Positions 20,731 through 28,766 of a DNA stretch of 64,000 nt are shown here, in pieces (position 1 is the first letter of the stretch; every line of letters begins with the position of its first letter). The notes below the pieces were generated by a model. The model searched no databases. It was not told the DNA's origin and saw nothing but the letters and a program-made list of their open reading frames with translations. Where the stretch lies: IMG/VR virus record IMGVR_UViG_3300017917_001941; one strand, 5' to 3'. Made by a program: the position numbers and the translations under genes. The DNA comes from an uncultured virus (IMG/VR IMGVR_UViG_3300017917_001941) (taxonomy: Duplodnaviria; Heunggongvirae; Uroviricota; Caudoviricetes).

Positions 20731-21173
20731 GTCCTAAGTGCTCTTTCACAAGAGGATCCGAAGTTGAGTTCCAACTGTGGTATAAAGTAAGACTTGAAAA
20801 AGACAATTTCTCAAAAAAAGTCCTTGACCAAATTCCCTCGGTAGTATACCTTCGTCAAAGTATCATCTCAGCAGGAGATCACCAGGTGTTATCGATCCGC
20901 ACATCCGAACCAAAACAAGCTCTCAAGGAGCTTTCGGGTCCATGTGCGCTTGATAATGGACTTTTTGTCAAGCCCTTGTACTCCACCTTCATTTATGCCA
21001 ATCAGGAGGTGGGTTCATAGGGCGGCTGAGGTAAACGGAATTCCGGAACACTGAAGCCGCCCTGGGAAACCACGGCGGCTTCAGTCGTTTTGGCAGGTAG
21101 GAGTCACGGACCGGGAGGCCGTGATAATGGTTTCGTCTGTTGTTTAGGCGGAAACGGGATTCGTGTCTTTTAT

Positions 21174-21257
21174 GGAGTCTGAATAGGTTCCTGGGAGAGC
21201 CCCTGCGCTGTAAACGCAGTGTCATTTGACTATGTAGTTCGATTCTACCAGGCTCCA
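21174..21257 (+). tRNA. tRNA-Tyr(GTA), atypical 8/4 fold
   Basis: Acceptor ggagtctg/caggctcc, anticodon arm ctgcg-ctGTAaa-cgcag, T arm gtag-ttcgatt-ctac. Confidence 0.75.
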
Positions 21258-21291
21258 CTATGGTAATAAGGTTCCACCGAAATTTGGCTAA

Positions 21292-21362
21292 GGGGTGCTA
21301 GCTCAAAGGTAGAGCAGTTGGCTTTTAACCAATTGGTCAGGGTTCGATTCCCTGGCGTCCCA
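21292..21362 (+). tRNA. tRNA-Lys(TTT)
   Basis: Cloverleaf; gttgg-ctTTTaa-ccaat. Confidence 0.85.
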
Positions 21363-21366
21363 CAAT

Positions 21367-21437
21367 GCGCTTTTAGCTCCAAGGAGGAGCACCAGACTCT
21401 TAATCTGAAGGGCAGGGTTCGATTCCCTGGAGGCGCA
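21367..21437 (+). tRNA. tRNA-Lys(CTT)
   Basis: Cloverleaf; caga-ctCTTaa-tctg. Confidence 0.85.
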
Positions 21438-21625
21438 CTGAGTAAAACTCTCCGTTCCTTGATAACCTGACAGAGGCAAAGCTCACTCGCTAGCCGGGCG
21501 TGATCGACCTTCGAGTTTACTGAAGGGCTCCAGCGACCGGTATCGAGTGAAGTTTAGCTTTTTGACTGTATGAAGTAGGGAATGGGTGCGCCTGATAAAC
21601 GCACCCATTCCCGATGGTTGGTGAT

Positions 21626-21698
21626 GCTGGCGTAGCTCTCGTGGGAGAGCACCTCACTTGTAATGAGGTTTAGGGTGGTTCGACTCCACTCGTCAGCT
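21626..21698 (+). tRNA. tRNA-Thr(TGT)
   Basis: cctca-ctTGTaa-tgagg. Confidence 0.88.
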
Positions 21699-21718
21699 CT
21701 TGTGACGTGAGTTGAGAC

Positions 21719-22114
21719 TCAATCACAGAAAACTTCTGGGTACTTTTGGTTGGAGTCAAAGAGCTTGCGCATTTGAACTTCTGCTGTAGTTAGGGCAGCC
21801 TGATAGACCATTCGTTCTTTTGGTCCAAGGGGAAAATTTTGGATTGGCCTAAAGAGACTTTTCTTGAGTCTAACTCCCTCGATGTGCCCGAATTTCTTCA
21901 GTTCCACTGGATCTTTTTCGAGTTGCGACAAGATCGCCATAGCAGCGTCGTCGGCCCCACAGGCCGCCTCTACTTGAGAGAATTGATTAGCCTTGTAAGA
22001 TTCATATAGGGCATACTTTCCGCACTGAAGGATGGTCAGATGTTTGGTCGCGGAAGCAGGAAGCTTTTCCAAGATTTTGCCCAAGGTGTTTTCATGTGAC
22101 TTTCGAACTGGCAT
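21719..22114 (-). CDS. hypothetical protein
   Basis: ORF; GGTGTA motif 15 nt upstream on the minus strand. Confidence 0.65.
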   Translation of the reverse strand: MPVRKSHENTLGKILEKLPASATKHLTILQCGKYALYESYKANQFSQVEAACGADDAAMAILSQLEKDPVELKKFGHIEGVRLKKSLFRPIQNFPLGPKERMVYQAALTTAEVQMRKLFDSNQKYPEVFCD

Positions 22115-22151
22115 AACTTAGGATACACCACTGACGGTGTACTTGAGCCTC

Positions 22152-22337
22152 ATGCCAACCTATGAGTATCAGTGCAAGGCGTGTGGGGAGATTTGGGAAG
22201 TAGACCAGCGAATTACAGAGTCTCCGCAGACGGATTGTCCCAATTGTGGGAAGCCCGAGGCAAAGAGGCTCATCAGCGGCGGGGTCAACTTCCAGCTCAT
22301 GGGTGGAGGTTGGTCTGGCGAGGGGTATTCGAAGTAG
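22152..22337 (+). CDS. FmdB-family zinc-ribbon protein
   Basis: MPTYEYQCKACG...CPNCG..RLIS..F.L.GGGW. Confidence 0.88.
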   Translation: MPTYEYQCKACGEIWEVDQRITESPQTDCPNCGKPEAKRLISGGVNFQLMGGGWSGEGYSK

Positions 22338-22349
22338 GAGGGTCGTGAG

Positions 22350-22532
22350 ATGCCCGAGAACGAGTTCACCATGGTACGCAGGCTTGAGTCAGAACCCGAG
22401 CCGACAGAAGAAAACCTCCGAAGGATGGAGGAGCAAAGGCGTCAGGTGGATGAGGAAAGGCGACTTGCCATCGAGGCTGGGGAACGGTTACCCCCTCTGA
22501 ATGGGGAACTGCTCTGGCTTACGAAGGACTGA
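22350..22532 (+). CDS. small hypothetical protein
   Basis: AGGAGG SD. Confidence 0.6.
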   Translation: MPENEFTMVRRLESEPEPTEENLRRMEEQRRQVDEERRLAIEAGERLPPLNGELLWLTKD

Positions 22533-22535
22533 TTT

Positions 22536-22619
22536 GGCTGGGTGGCGGAACGGCAGACGCCGGGGACTTAAAATCCCTTGCCCCTTGAGGGCGTGAGGGT
22601 TCGATTCCCTCTCCAGCTA
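22536..22619 (+). tRNA. tRNA-Leu(TAA)
   Basis: gggga-ctTAAaa-tccct; long variable arm. Confidence 0.9.
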
Positions 22620-22625
22620 CTCTAA

Positions 22626-22698
22626 GGTCAGGTAGCTCATACGGTAGAGCATCGGACTGAAAATCCGAGTGTAGCCGGTTCGATTCCGGCCCTGACCA
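22626..22698 (+). tRNA. tRNA-Phe(GAA)
   Basis: tcgga-ctGAAaa-tccga. Confidence 0.92.
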
Positions 22699-22700
22699 CC

Positions 22701-22853
22701 GAGTAACGAATGGTCGAAAGACTACAATATACCAAGGGCTAGCCAGGCCCGGAGCTTTGCAGGGGCAGATCCTGCCTTGAGCGGTTCGCTTCTCAAGAGT
22801 GGCATTTAGAAGGGCTCCTATACTGGCCGTCTTTCGGAAACTTGTCGTTACTT
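22701..22853 (+). ncRNA. Y-RNA-like RNA 1 (multibranch interior)
   Basis: gagtaac-GAATG...CTTGTC-gttactt; inner stem cgaaagac/gtctttcg; gACTACA. Confidence 0.65.
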
Positions 22854-22856
22854 TCT

Positions 22857-22930
22857 AGGCCGGTAGCTCAGTTGGTTAGAGCACACGTCTGATAAGCGTG
22901 AGGTGCCCAGTTCGATTCTGGGGCGGCCTA
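22857..22930 (+). tRNA. tRNA-Ile(GAT)
   Basis: cacgt-ctGATaa-gcgtg. Confidence 0.9.
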
Positions 22931-22932
22931 CC

Positions 22933-23002
22933 CTGACGAATGAATGTGAGGAGTACATTCACTGAAAATGAACCAACCCTCTTCACGCCTACTTGTCGTC
23001 AG
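22933..23002 (+). ncRNA. Y-RNA-like RNA 2 (minimal, no tRNA module)
   Basis: ctgac-GAATG...CTTGTC-gtcag; inner stem gtgaggag/ctcttcac; AGTACA. Confidence 0.65.
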
Positions 23003-23007
23003 AACTT

Positions 23008-23093
23008 GCTCGGATGCTGGAACTTTTGGCAGACAGCACCGGCTGAGAACCGGTGGCCCTAGTGGTGTGGGGGTTCAAGTCCCCCTCCGAGCA
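23008..23093 (+). tRNA. tRNA-Leu(GAG)
   Basis: accgg-ctGAGaa-ccggt. Confidence 0.88.
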
Positions 23094-23115
23094 CTTAGTA
23101 GCATGGGGAAAATTA

Positions 23116-23187
23116 CAAGGTGTAGCCCAGTGGTAGGGCGTCTGGTTCGGGTCCAGAATCTCGGGTGTTCGATTCACCCCACCTTGA
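23116..23187 (+). tRNA. tRNA-Pro(CGG)
   Basis: tctgg-ttCGGgt-ccaga; C1-G72, A73. Confidence 0.88.
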
Positions 23188-23263
23188 CAAATCGGAATGC
23201 GGGATTCGATTTCTTGGTTAACTTCTTGGTTCGATTCGTTGTAGGCTTGTCAGGAGGCATCAA

Positions 23264-23482
23264 ATGATAAGCCGAGAAGACTCAATCTACATTTTGTTTC
23301 ATGAGGTATGCCGCAGGGTCCCTTATGGGAAATCTGACGACAGGACCTATAAGGTGGAGCTACATAAGGTAGTTTCGAAGTTCTGTGAGGGTAGGGATCT
23401 CATTGACCTTGAGGCGTTAGTTCCGGATCTGGTCAAGCATGTTCGGAATTTTTACGAACCCGACTTGAGGGATCTTCCCTGA
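23264..23482 (+). CDS. hypothetical protein, paralog of 26157..26420
   Basis: MISREDSIYILFHEVCRRVP vs MITREDLISILCDEVSRRVP; shared PDL.KHVR..YEPDL. Confidence 0.75.
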   Translation: MISREDSIYILFHEVCRRVPYGKSDDRTYKVELHKVVSKFCEGRDLIDLEALVPDLVKHVRNFYEPDLRDLP

Positions 23483-23526
23483 GGGACGATACCTTAGGAT
23501 CTGTCAGAGGTCTCCGGTTGTATCTT

Positions 23527-23609
23527 GCTCAGGTGGCGGAAAGGCAGACGCAGTAGATTCAGGTTCTATTGAGGTAGTTCTCGTGGAGGTTCGAGTCCTC
23601 TCCTGAGCA
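23527..23609 (+). tRNA. tRNA-Leu(CAG)
   Basis: gtaga-ttCAGgt-tctat. Confidence 0.9.
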
Positions 23610-23610
23610 C

Positions 23611-23760
23611 CGCTATGAATGCACTGAGGACTACATTGAAAATCCTCATTCGAAAGAATATGCGGGTTCGAGTCCCGTCGTTCTGGTGTAACGGAACGTG
23701 GCGAAAAGGCAGACGCAAGGAAACCGAAAGGTTTGCAGTCTTCAAAATCTTGTCATGGCG
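23611..23760 (+). ncRNA. Y-RNA-like RNA 3 (YrlA-type, permuted tRNA-Leu-like module)
   Basis: cgctat-GAATG...CTTGTC-atggcg; T arm gcggg-ttcgagt-cccgt, loop-closed acceptor cgttctg/cggaacg, D arm tggcgaaaaggcagacgc. Confidence 0.75.
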
Positions 23761-23765
23761 AATTT

Positions 23766-23837
23766 CACGGGTTAGCCTGACGGTCAGGCGGTCGGCTCGG
23801 GACCGACACATAAGCGGTTCAATTCCGCTACTCGTGA
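23766..23837 (+). tRNA. tRNA-Pro(CGG) copy A
   Basis: gtcgg-ctCGGga-ccgac; identical copy at 27559. Confidence 0.8.
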
Positions 23838-23917
23838 CTGAGTACCTATTTATCCCTTTCAAGGGTGACAGAATGGGTTCGATTCAGAGGCTGAACTGAA
23901 ACTCAAAGTCAGCACAT

Positions 23918-23989
23918 CGGGGTGTTGGACAGTGGTAGTCCGCTTGTTTTGGGTACAAGAAGTCGGCGGTTCGAATCCGCCCACCCCGA
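23918..23989 (+). tRNA. tRNA-Pro(TGG)
   Basis: cttgt-ttTGGgt-acaag. Confidence 0.88.
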
Positions 23990-24025
23990 CTATTCGCTAA
24001 GCTATTTGTCACCAGTATAGGTGAC

Positions 24026-24886
24026 ATGATCATAAATACTATTGAACTTCGATCTGCCATCCGGTGCCTGCAACGGCAGGCGCGTCAACCAAACCCGTCT
24101 AGGATCCTTCTTGCGAGTGCCCTAGAAAAGCTAGCCGAGGAAGTCTGGGCGGCCCCTAGAAAAAAGGCTCCTAAGAAACTGCCTCCACAAGAGGTCAAGA
24201 ATATCGGTAAGATCGAACAGGATGGCCTCAAGTCCTTGTCCGATCATATTGGATATGCGATTCACTCAATAGACAGTGAGCTTCATCAGATCTCGGATCG
24301 CGCTCGTAGTTACATCACTGATGATGAGTATTCGGAAAAAGAAGCCCTAAAGAAAGCGGTGGAGCTTGGGGTCGATGTCAGTGAGGTTATCAGCGACCTT
24401 GAGCGTGGGGTTAGAGCTTTAGGGCAAGCTCTTTCGAAAACCGAGAGCGCGACGGGAGAGAAAGATTTGACCGAAGTGGTAGAGCAGTTCGAGGAGTCTC
24501 TAAACAAGGTTAGGCTGGACTGGGTTGAGGCTGTAGGCGCCCTGGAAAGTGCGAGGACGAGCTTAGTCAAGGCTCAGGACTTTGTCCCGAAGGCGCTTAC
24601 TGGGCCTGGGGCTTTGGGGAATTTGCAGAAGTGCTTCGATCTCATTGGCAAAGCTATTGATACAATTTTGAGGGATGGCCCGACGGTACCTAAGGTACCT
24701 CGTGCCCTTGATCCGGAAGATCCGAGACAGCTTGGGTTCGGATTTACAGCTTCAACAATCAAAAACGCTGCTGACCTGTGCTCTGCCTTGGATTTGGTTT
24801 ACCATATGGCTTCTTGCTCAAGCCCTTCTCGTCAAATCCTAGCAGATCAGCTTCTTCGGGTCGCAAATGCATTAAGTACCTGTTAG
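24026..24886 (+). CDS. helical hypothetical protein with repeated terminal PSR..LA..L motif
   Basis: QPNPSRILLASALEKLA / SSPSRQILADQLLRVA. Confidence 0.7.
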   Translation: MIINTIELRSAIRCLQRQARQPNPSRILLASALEKLAEEVWAAPRKKAPKKLPPQEVKNIGKIEQDGLKSLSDHIGYAIHSIDSELHQISDRARSYITDDEYSEKEALKKAVELGVDVSEVISDLERGVRALGQALSKTESATGEKDLTEVVEQFEESLNKVRLDWVEAVGALESARTSLVKAQDFVPKALTGPGALGNLQKCFDLIGKAIDTILRDGPTVPKVPRALDPEDPRQLGFGFTASTIKNAADLCSALDLVYHMASCSSPSRQILADQLLRVANALSTC

Positions 24887-24961
24887 GCGCCCGCGACCGG
24901 GTTCATACATCTCAACTTTCGATAGGTTAGTTATGTTCCTTATTCGTCAAGGGAGAGCCTC

Positions 24962-26086
24962 ATGATGTCACTGGTTGATCGGGTAGTTTTCAGGTGGATG
25001 TGCAAGCAAGCCGGATCTCTGCAAGATGTATCCAAGCTGAGGTATCAGGCTGTCTTTATGATGGGTGCTGGAGGGTCAGGTAAGGGTGTTGTCGGCCTTA
25101 GGTGGATGAAGTACATGCCCGGCTCCCCTCCCGGTGGGTTCCCTCCCGATGTTCTTCGGCAAAAACTCAAGGAGACTTTTACCGAGCAACAGCGTAGCCT
25201 ATCAAATCTGAAATTCCAGGAAGTTGTGGATCTTCTTAACAAAAAAGGCATAGAAGTTGATGTATCAGGTGGTTCCGCTAGGATTCCATTTAAGCTTTAC
25301 ACCTATGATCAAAAAGGCGGTCAGCGATTAGTCCCACCTGAAGAGTGGGAGCAGTCACTTCCTCCTGAGATCTATTCCAAGGTGAAGGGACTTACCGAGG
25401 TCATTTTCTCGGCGCCTGTTCATGAACTTCCCAGTTATTGGAGGCAGGCGGACCCGGACATGTACAAAAAAGAACTCCAGGGGTATCTAGAGAAAGAACC
25501 TGGTTATGTACATGAAATGTCCTCGGACATGTCCAAGTCTTACTTCGAAGCAGTTCTAAAATCTGGGGATCCCCTCTTCGTTGATGGTACTGGCGCGAAC
25601 GAAAAAAGTTTGTTGAGCAAGATAGACGCTGCTAAGAACGCCGGGTACCGTACGAGTTTGGTGTTCGTCTCAGTCCCCCTAGTGGTGAACCAAATTCGTA
25701 ATGCCACTAGGTCTCGAGTGGTTAGTCCGGTTGAGGTTGTTAACCAGTGGTCAAATATTAACAAGAATTATGCCGAATTGAGGGGCAAGGTTGACGTCGC
25801 CAAGGTTATCATCAATCGTAACGATAGCTCCGACATCCAGAAGTACAAGAAAGATAGGGAGTTGATTGAGAAAACCATCACTACAAGGTCGTCTTATGCG
25901 AGCTTGTATGACCTGATTCGGAAGGAAGCGCCTTCTGAGTTACGAGAGTGGGGCGAGTTGCTCAGCACTGGGGCTACTGAAAGTGTGGATAGACGTAGGG
26001 AAAGGTTTGACAGACTTGAGGATAAGCGAAAGCAGCGGGGTTTGGAGCCCCGGCCCTTCCTAGCAAGGCAGAGAATCGCTCCCTGA
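24962..26086 (+). CDS. zeta-toxin-like / AAA_33 P-loop kinase
   Basis: GAGGSGK Walker A, ADPDMYK, FVDGTG, RNATRSR lid. Confidence 0.75.
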   Translation: MMSLVDRVVFRWMCKQAGSLQDVSKLRYQAVFMMGAGGSGKGVVGLRWMKYMPGSPPGGFPPDVLRQKLKETFTEQQRSLSNLKFQEVVDLLNKKGIEVDVSGGSARIPFKLYTYDQKGGQRLVPPEEWEQSLPPEIYSKVKGLTEVIFSAPVHELPSYWRQADPDMYKKELQGYLEKEPGYVHEMSSDMSKSYFEAVLKSGDPLFVDGTGANEKSLLSKIDAAKNAGYRTSLVFVSVPLVVNQIRNATRSRVVSPVEVVNQWSNINKNYAELRGKVDVAKVIINRNDSSDIQKYKKDRELIEKTITTRSSYASLYDLIRKEAPSELREWGELLSTGATESVDRRRERFDRLEDKRKQRGLEPRPFLARQRIAP

Positions 26087-26156
26087 CTGATCAAATACAA
26101 CACATCTGGTTGAAATCCTCTGGGCTGAAACGTTGTATGGGTGTAGGAGGATCGAA

Positions 26157-26420
26157 ATGATAACCAGAGAAGATTTGATAAGCATACTGTGCGATGAGGT
26201 GTCCCGAAGAGTTCCTATTGGCCCCGATTGCAGGTCCGGGCTGGCCTACAGGGTCGAGTTGGAAAAGGTCGTCAAGAGATATTGCGAGGACAAAGAGATC
26301 GTTGACTTTGATTCGGCGGATAAACTTCTTCCGGACTTGATCAAGCATGTTCGGGAAGTATACGAGCCAGACCTGATGGACTTTCCTCATCCACTTTACC
26401 CAACGAACTATAAACCCTGA
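26157..26420 (+). CDS. hypothetical protein, paralog of 23264..23482
   Basis: AGGAGG SD; sequence similarity to the 23264 ORF. Confidence 0.75.
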   Translation: MITREDLISILCDEVSRRVPIGPDCRSGLAYRVELEKVVKRYCEDKEIVDFDSADKLLPDLIKHVREVYEPDLMDFPHPLYPTNYKP

Positions 26421-26601
26421 TCTGGAGACTTTAGCACCGATCTTTCTCGGGTTCTATCACCGAGAGGTGTTCATTTCTCTTATACAATCATCTGTTGAGG
26501 CTCTTACCAAAAAGGGCTCATTGAGTATGACGGGAAGACCCTCAAGAAGAAATATTTCGAGGCACGGGTTAGGCCCCTTATAGTCGGTGTAGTAGGAGAT
26601 C

Positions 26602-26813
26602 GATCCTCGAATGTCGATTCGGAGTACATCGACATAAAGGCACTAAGGTAGCGAACCCTCGTGAGGGGGGTAGCGATGGCACCAGTTGGAACTATGTTCC
26701 CAGAGACTTCGTAAGGAGTCGAAGGTGCGGGACGAGCGGAGGTAAACTGGAAACCAGAACCTCAATGCGTCTGCGGGCGAAAGCCCTTCTCTGAATCAAA
26801 CTTGTCGAGGGTT
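26602..26813 (+). ncRNA. Y-RNA-like RNA 4 (about 210 nt, GNRA-hairpin-rich interior)
   Basis: gatcctc-GAATG...CTTGTC-gagggtt; inner stem gattcggag/ctctgaatc; AGTACA; GGTGTA 16 nt upstream. Confidence 0.65.
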
Positions 26814-26815
26814 TC

Positions 26816-26898
26816 GCTCAGGTGGCGAAAAGGCAGACGCAGTAGGCTTAGGTCCTACTGGGGTAATTCCTGTGGAGGTTCGAGTCCTCTCCTGAGCA
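26816..26898 (+). tRNA. tRNA-Leu(TAG)
   Basis: gtagg-ctTAGgt-cctac. Confidence 0.9.
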
Positions 26899-26929
26899 CT
26901 GTTGTCTTTTTGGACGAGGGTACTTCTGT

Positions 26930-27522
26930 CGTGTTTGATGAGGTTTTAACACAGCACTTTCCGCCTCCGGTCGGCCTCTCGTCAGATCAGAAGGTTGCGC
27001 ATAAGAGCCGACTGATCTTAGAAGCACGAGTGCGCGGAAGTGCCGGTGACGCGGAAGGAGCATCTCTTCTCTTTCACCAAGCGGCCACGATTGAAGAGCA
27101 GCTGGCCGAGCTTGTGACTGATGCGCAGTCAGCCAAACCAAAGCGTTCGACTCTTTGGATTTCTGCCGCAACGTGCTATGGGCTTGCTGGGGATCTCAAC
27201 CGCGCCTTGAGATTGTTTCGTGATTGGCGGGTCATTCTCGATGAGGACTCCAAGGTGTTTGCACGAAGCCTTTCCCGGAAGGGGAAGTCGGGCTGCGGCG
27301 GAGCTTGCCGAGGCATGGGTGGAACGAGATCTCGCTCAGGTTCTTGCCGTCGGTCGCCGGTCCATCGGTCTTTTGTCACCGTGCGAGCTCCTTTGGCCTC
27401 GCTATCTTCTTGCGGAGGTCCAAAATGACCGACTTTTTGCGGTCGAGACCTTGAAAAAATTGATAGTCGCCCTTCCTTCGTGTGTTGAATTCCACCTGTT
27501 ACTTGGCGAACTTAAGGAGTGA
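26930..27522 (+). pseudogene. TPR-like helical protein split by a frameshift (start approximate)
   Basis: Protein-like reading in the 26802 frame to about 27270, then in the 27220 frame to 27522. Confidence 0.45.
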
Positions 27523-27558
27523 CTTTGCCTGCCTTCAATCTTTTGTTATGCTGAATTT

Positions 27559-27630
27559 CACGGGTTAGCCTGACGGTCAGGCGGTCGGCTCGGGACCGAC
27601 ACATAAGCGGTTCAATTCCGCTACTCGTGA
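27559..27630 (+). tRNA. tRNA-Pro(CGG) copy B
   Basis: Identical to 23766..23837. Confidence 0.8.
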
Positions 27631-27644
27631 CCCAATAGTAGTGT

Positions 27645-27718
27645 GCCCCCGTAGCTCAGTTGGATAGAGCAAGAACTTCCTAAGTTCGAGGTCAACCGTT
27701 CGAATCGGTTCGGGGGTG
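27645..27718 (+). tRNA. tRNA-Arg(CCT)
   Basis: gaac-ttCCTaa-gttc. Confidence 0.88.
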
Positions 27719-27719
27719 C

Positions 27720-27847
27720 TGCGATGAATGAGTGGAGACCAATCTAGGAGTCATGGGTTCAAGTCCCATCGTCCATCTAGGAAAGGTTGGGCGTAGCTCA
27801 GTTGGCTAGAGCGTTAGGAAAAATGTCTCTGATTCCTTGTCATCGCA
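27720..27847 (+). ncRNA. Y-RNA-like RNA 5 (YrlA-type permuted tRNA module)
   Basis: tgcgat-GAATG...CTTGTC-atcgca; atggg-ttcaagt-cccat, cgtcca/tgggcg, tagctcagttggctagagc. Confidence 0.78.
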
Positions 27848-27899
27848 TCTTTTTTCTGTAAAAAGGAGTTGTAATTAGCTGAAGATTGTGGGAAGTTAC

Positions 27900-27975
27900 G
27901 GAGCCGTAGGGGAGTCTGGTCGTCCCCGGTGTCTTGTCGCGTCACAGATCACGGGTTCAAATCCCGTCGGCTTCG
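27900..27975 (+). tRNA. tRNA-Asp(GTC), anticodon-stem mismatch
   Basis: gtgtc-ttGTCgc-gtcac; similar to the 29344 copy. Confidence 0.7.
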
Positions 27976-27992
27976 CTTGGGTGTTTTAATTT

Positions 27993-28063
27993 TGGGGAAT
28001 CGTCCAAAGGTAGGACACTAGACTTTGGCTCTAGGTATTGGGGTTCGAGTCCCTATTCCCCAA
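27993..28063 (+). tRNA. tRNA-Gln(TTG)
   Basis: ctaga-ctTTGgc-tctag. Confidence 0.9.
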
Positions 28064-28080
28064 CTTGAGGTTCTCGATTT

Positions 28081-28151
28081 TGGGGAATCGTCCAATGGCA
28101 GGACACTAGATTCTGGCTCTAGGTATTGGGGTTCGAGTCCCTATTCCCCAA
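28081..28151 (+). tRNA. tRNA-Gln(CTG)
   Basis: ctaga-ttCTGgc-tctag; near-duplicate of the previous gene. Confidence 0.9.
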
Positions 28152-28164
28152 CTTGATACGATAT

Positions 28165-28237
28165 TCCAACTTAGCTCAGTTGGTAGAGCAAGCGGCTGTT
28201 AACCGCTGGGTCGCTGGTTCGAGTCCAGCAGTTGGAG
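28165..28237 (+). tRNA. tRNA-Asn(GTT)
   Basis: agcgg-ctGTTaa-ccgct. Confidence 0.92.
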
Positions 28238-28247
28238 CTGATCAAAT

Positions 28248-28320
28248 GCTGGTGATGCTCGTGTGGACGAGCACCTGTTTCGTAAACAGGACCAAGAGGG
28301 TTCGACTCCCTTCGCCAGCT
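28248..28320 (+). tRNA. tRNA-Thr(CGT)
   Basis: cctgt-ttCGTaa-acagg. Confidence 0.85.
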
Positions 28321-28431
28321 CTTGACTGGCATCATAACCAGTGCTACAGATTATGATGCCTCGCAAAGATCCCGAAGAGAGAAGGGCATATCATCGAGAG
28401 GGTATGAGGTTCGACTCCTCCTTCTTCCGCT

Positions 28432-28505
28432 GTGGCCGTAGCTCAAAGGTAGAGCGCCTGGTTGTGGCCCAGGTGGTGTGAGTTCAATTCTCATCGGTCA
28501 CCCCA
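28432..28505 (+). tRNA. tRNA-His(GTG), CCA encoded, no genomic G-1
   Basis: cctgg-ttGTGgc-ccagg; preceding base is T. Confidence 0.9.
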
Positions 28506-28538
28506 ACCACAGCCTTCTGGTGTAGACTAGGAGGCCAT

Positions 28539-28611
28539 GTCCCTGTAGCTCAGTGGATAGAGCAACGGTTTTCTAAACCGTAGGTCGCCCGTTCGAGTCG
28601 GGCCTGGGACG
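28539..28611 (+). tRNA. tRNA-Arg(TCT)
   Basis: acggt-ttTCTaa-accgt. Confidence 0.9.
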
Positions 28612-28612
28612 C

Positions 28613-28752
28613 TGCGATGAATGACGTGGAGACTACAATACCAACCTAGATGTCGTGGGTTCGAGCCCCACCGTCCGTCCCGGAAGGGTCGGGCGTAGCT
28701 CAGTTGGCAGAGCGCCAGGCAAAAACCGGTCCCTACACCCCTTGTCATCGCA
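28613..28752 (+). ncRNA. Y-RNA-like RNA 6 (YrlA-type permuted tRNA module)
   Basis: tgcgat-GAATG...CTTGTC-atcgca; gACTACA; gtggg-ttcgagc-cccac, cgtccg/cgggcg closed by ccc-ggaa-ggg, tagctcagttggcagagc. Confidence 0.8.
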
Positions 28753-28766
28753 AACCTTTCTGACCT

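Noticed and set aside
26420..26813. RNase P RNA
   Set aside because: Lacks GAGGAAAGUCC and the 3' ACAGAA..GCUUA conserved regions; the Y-like scaffold explains the ends better.
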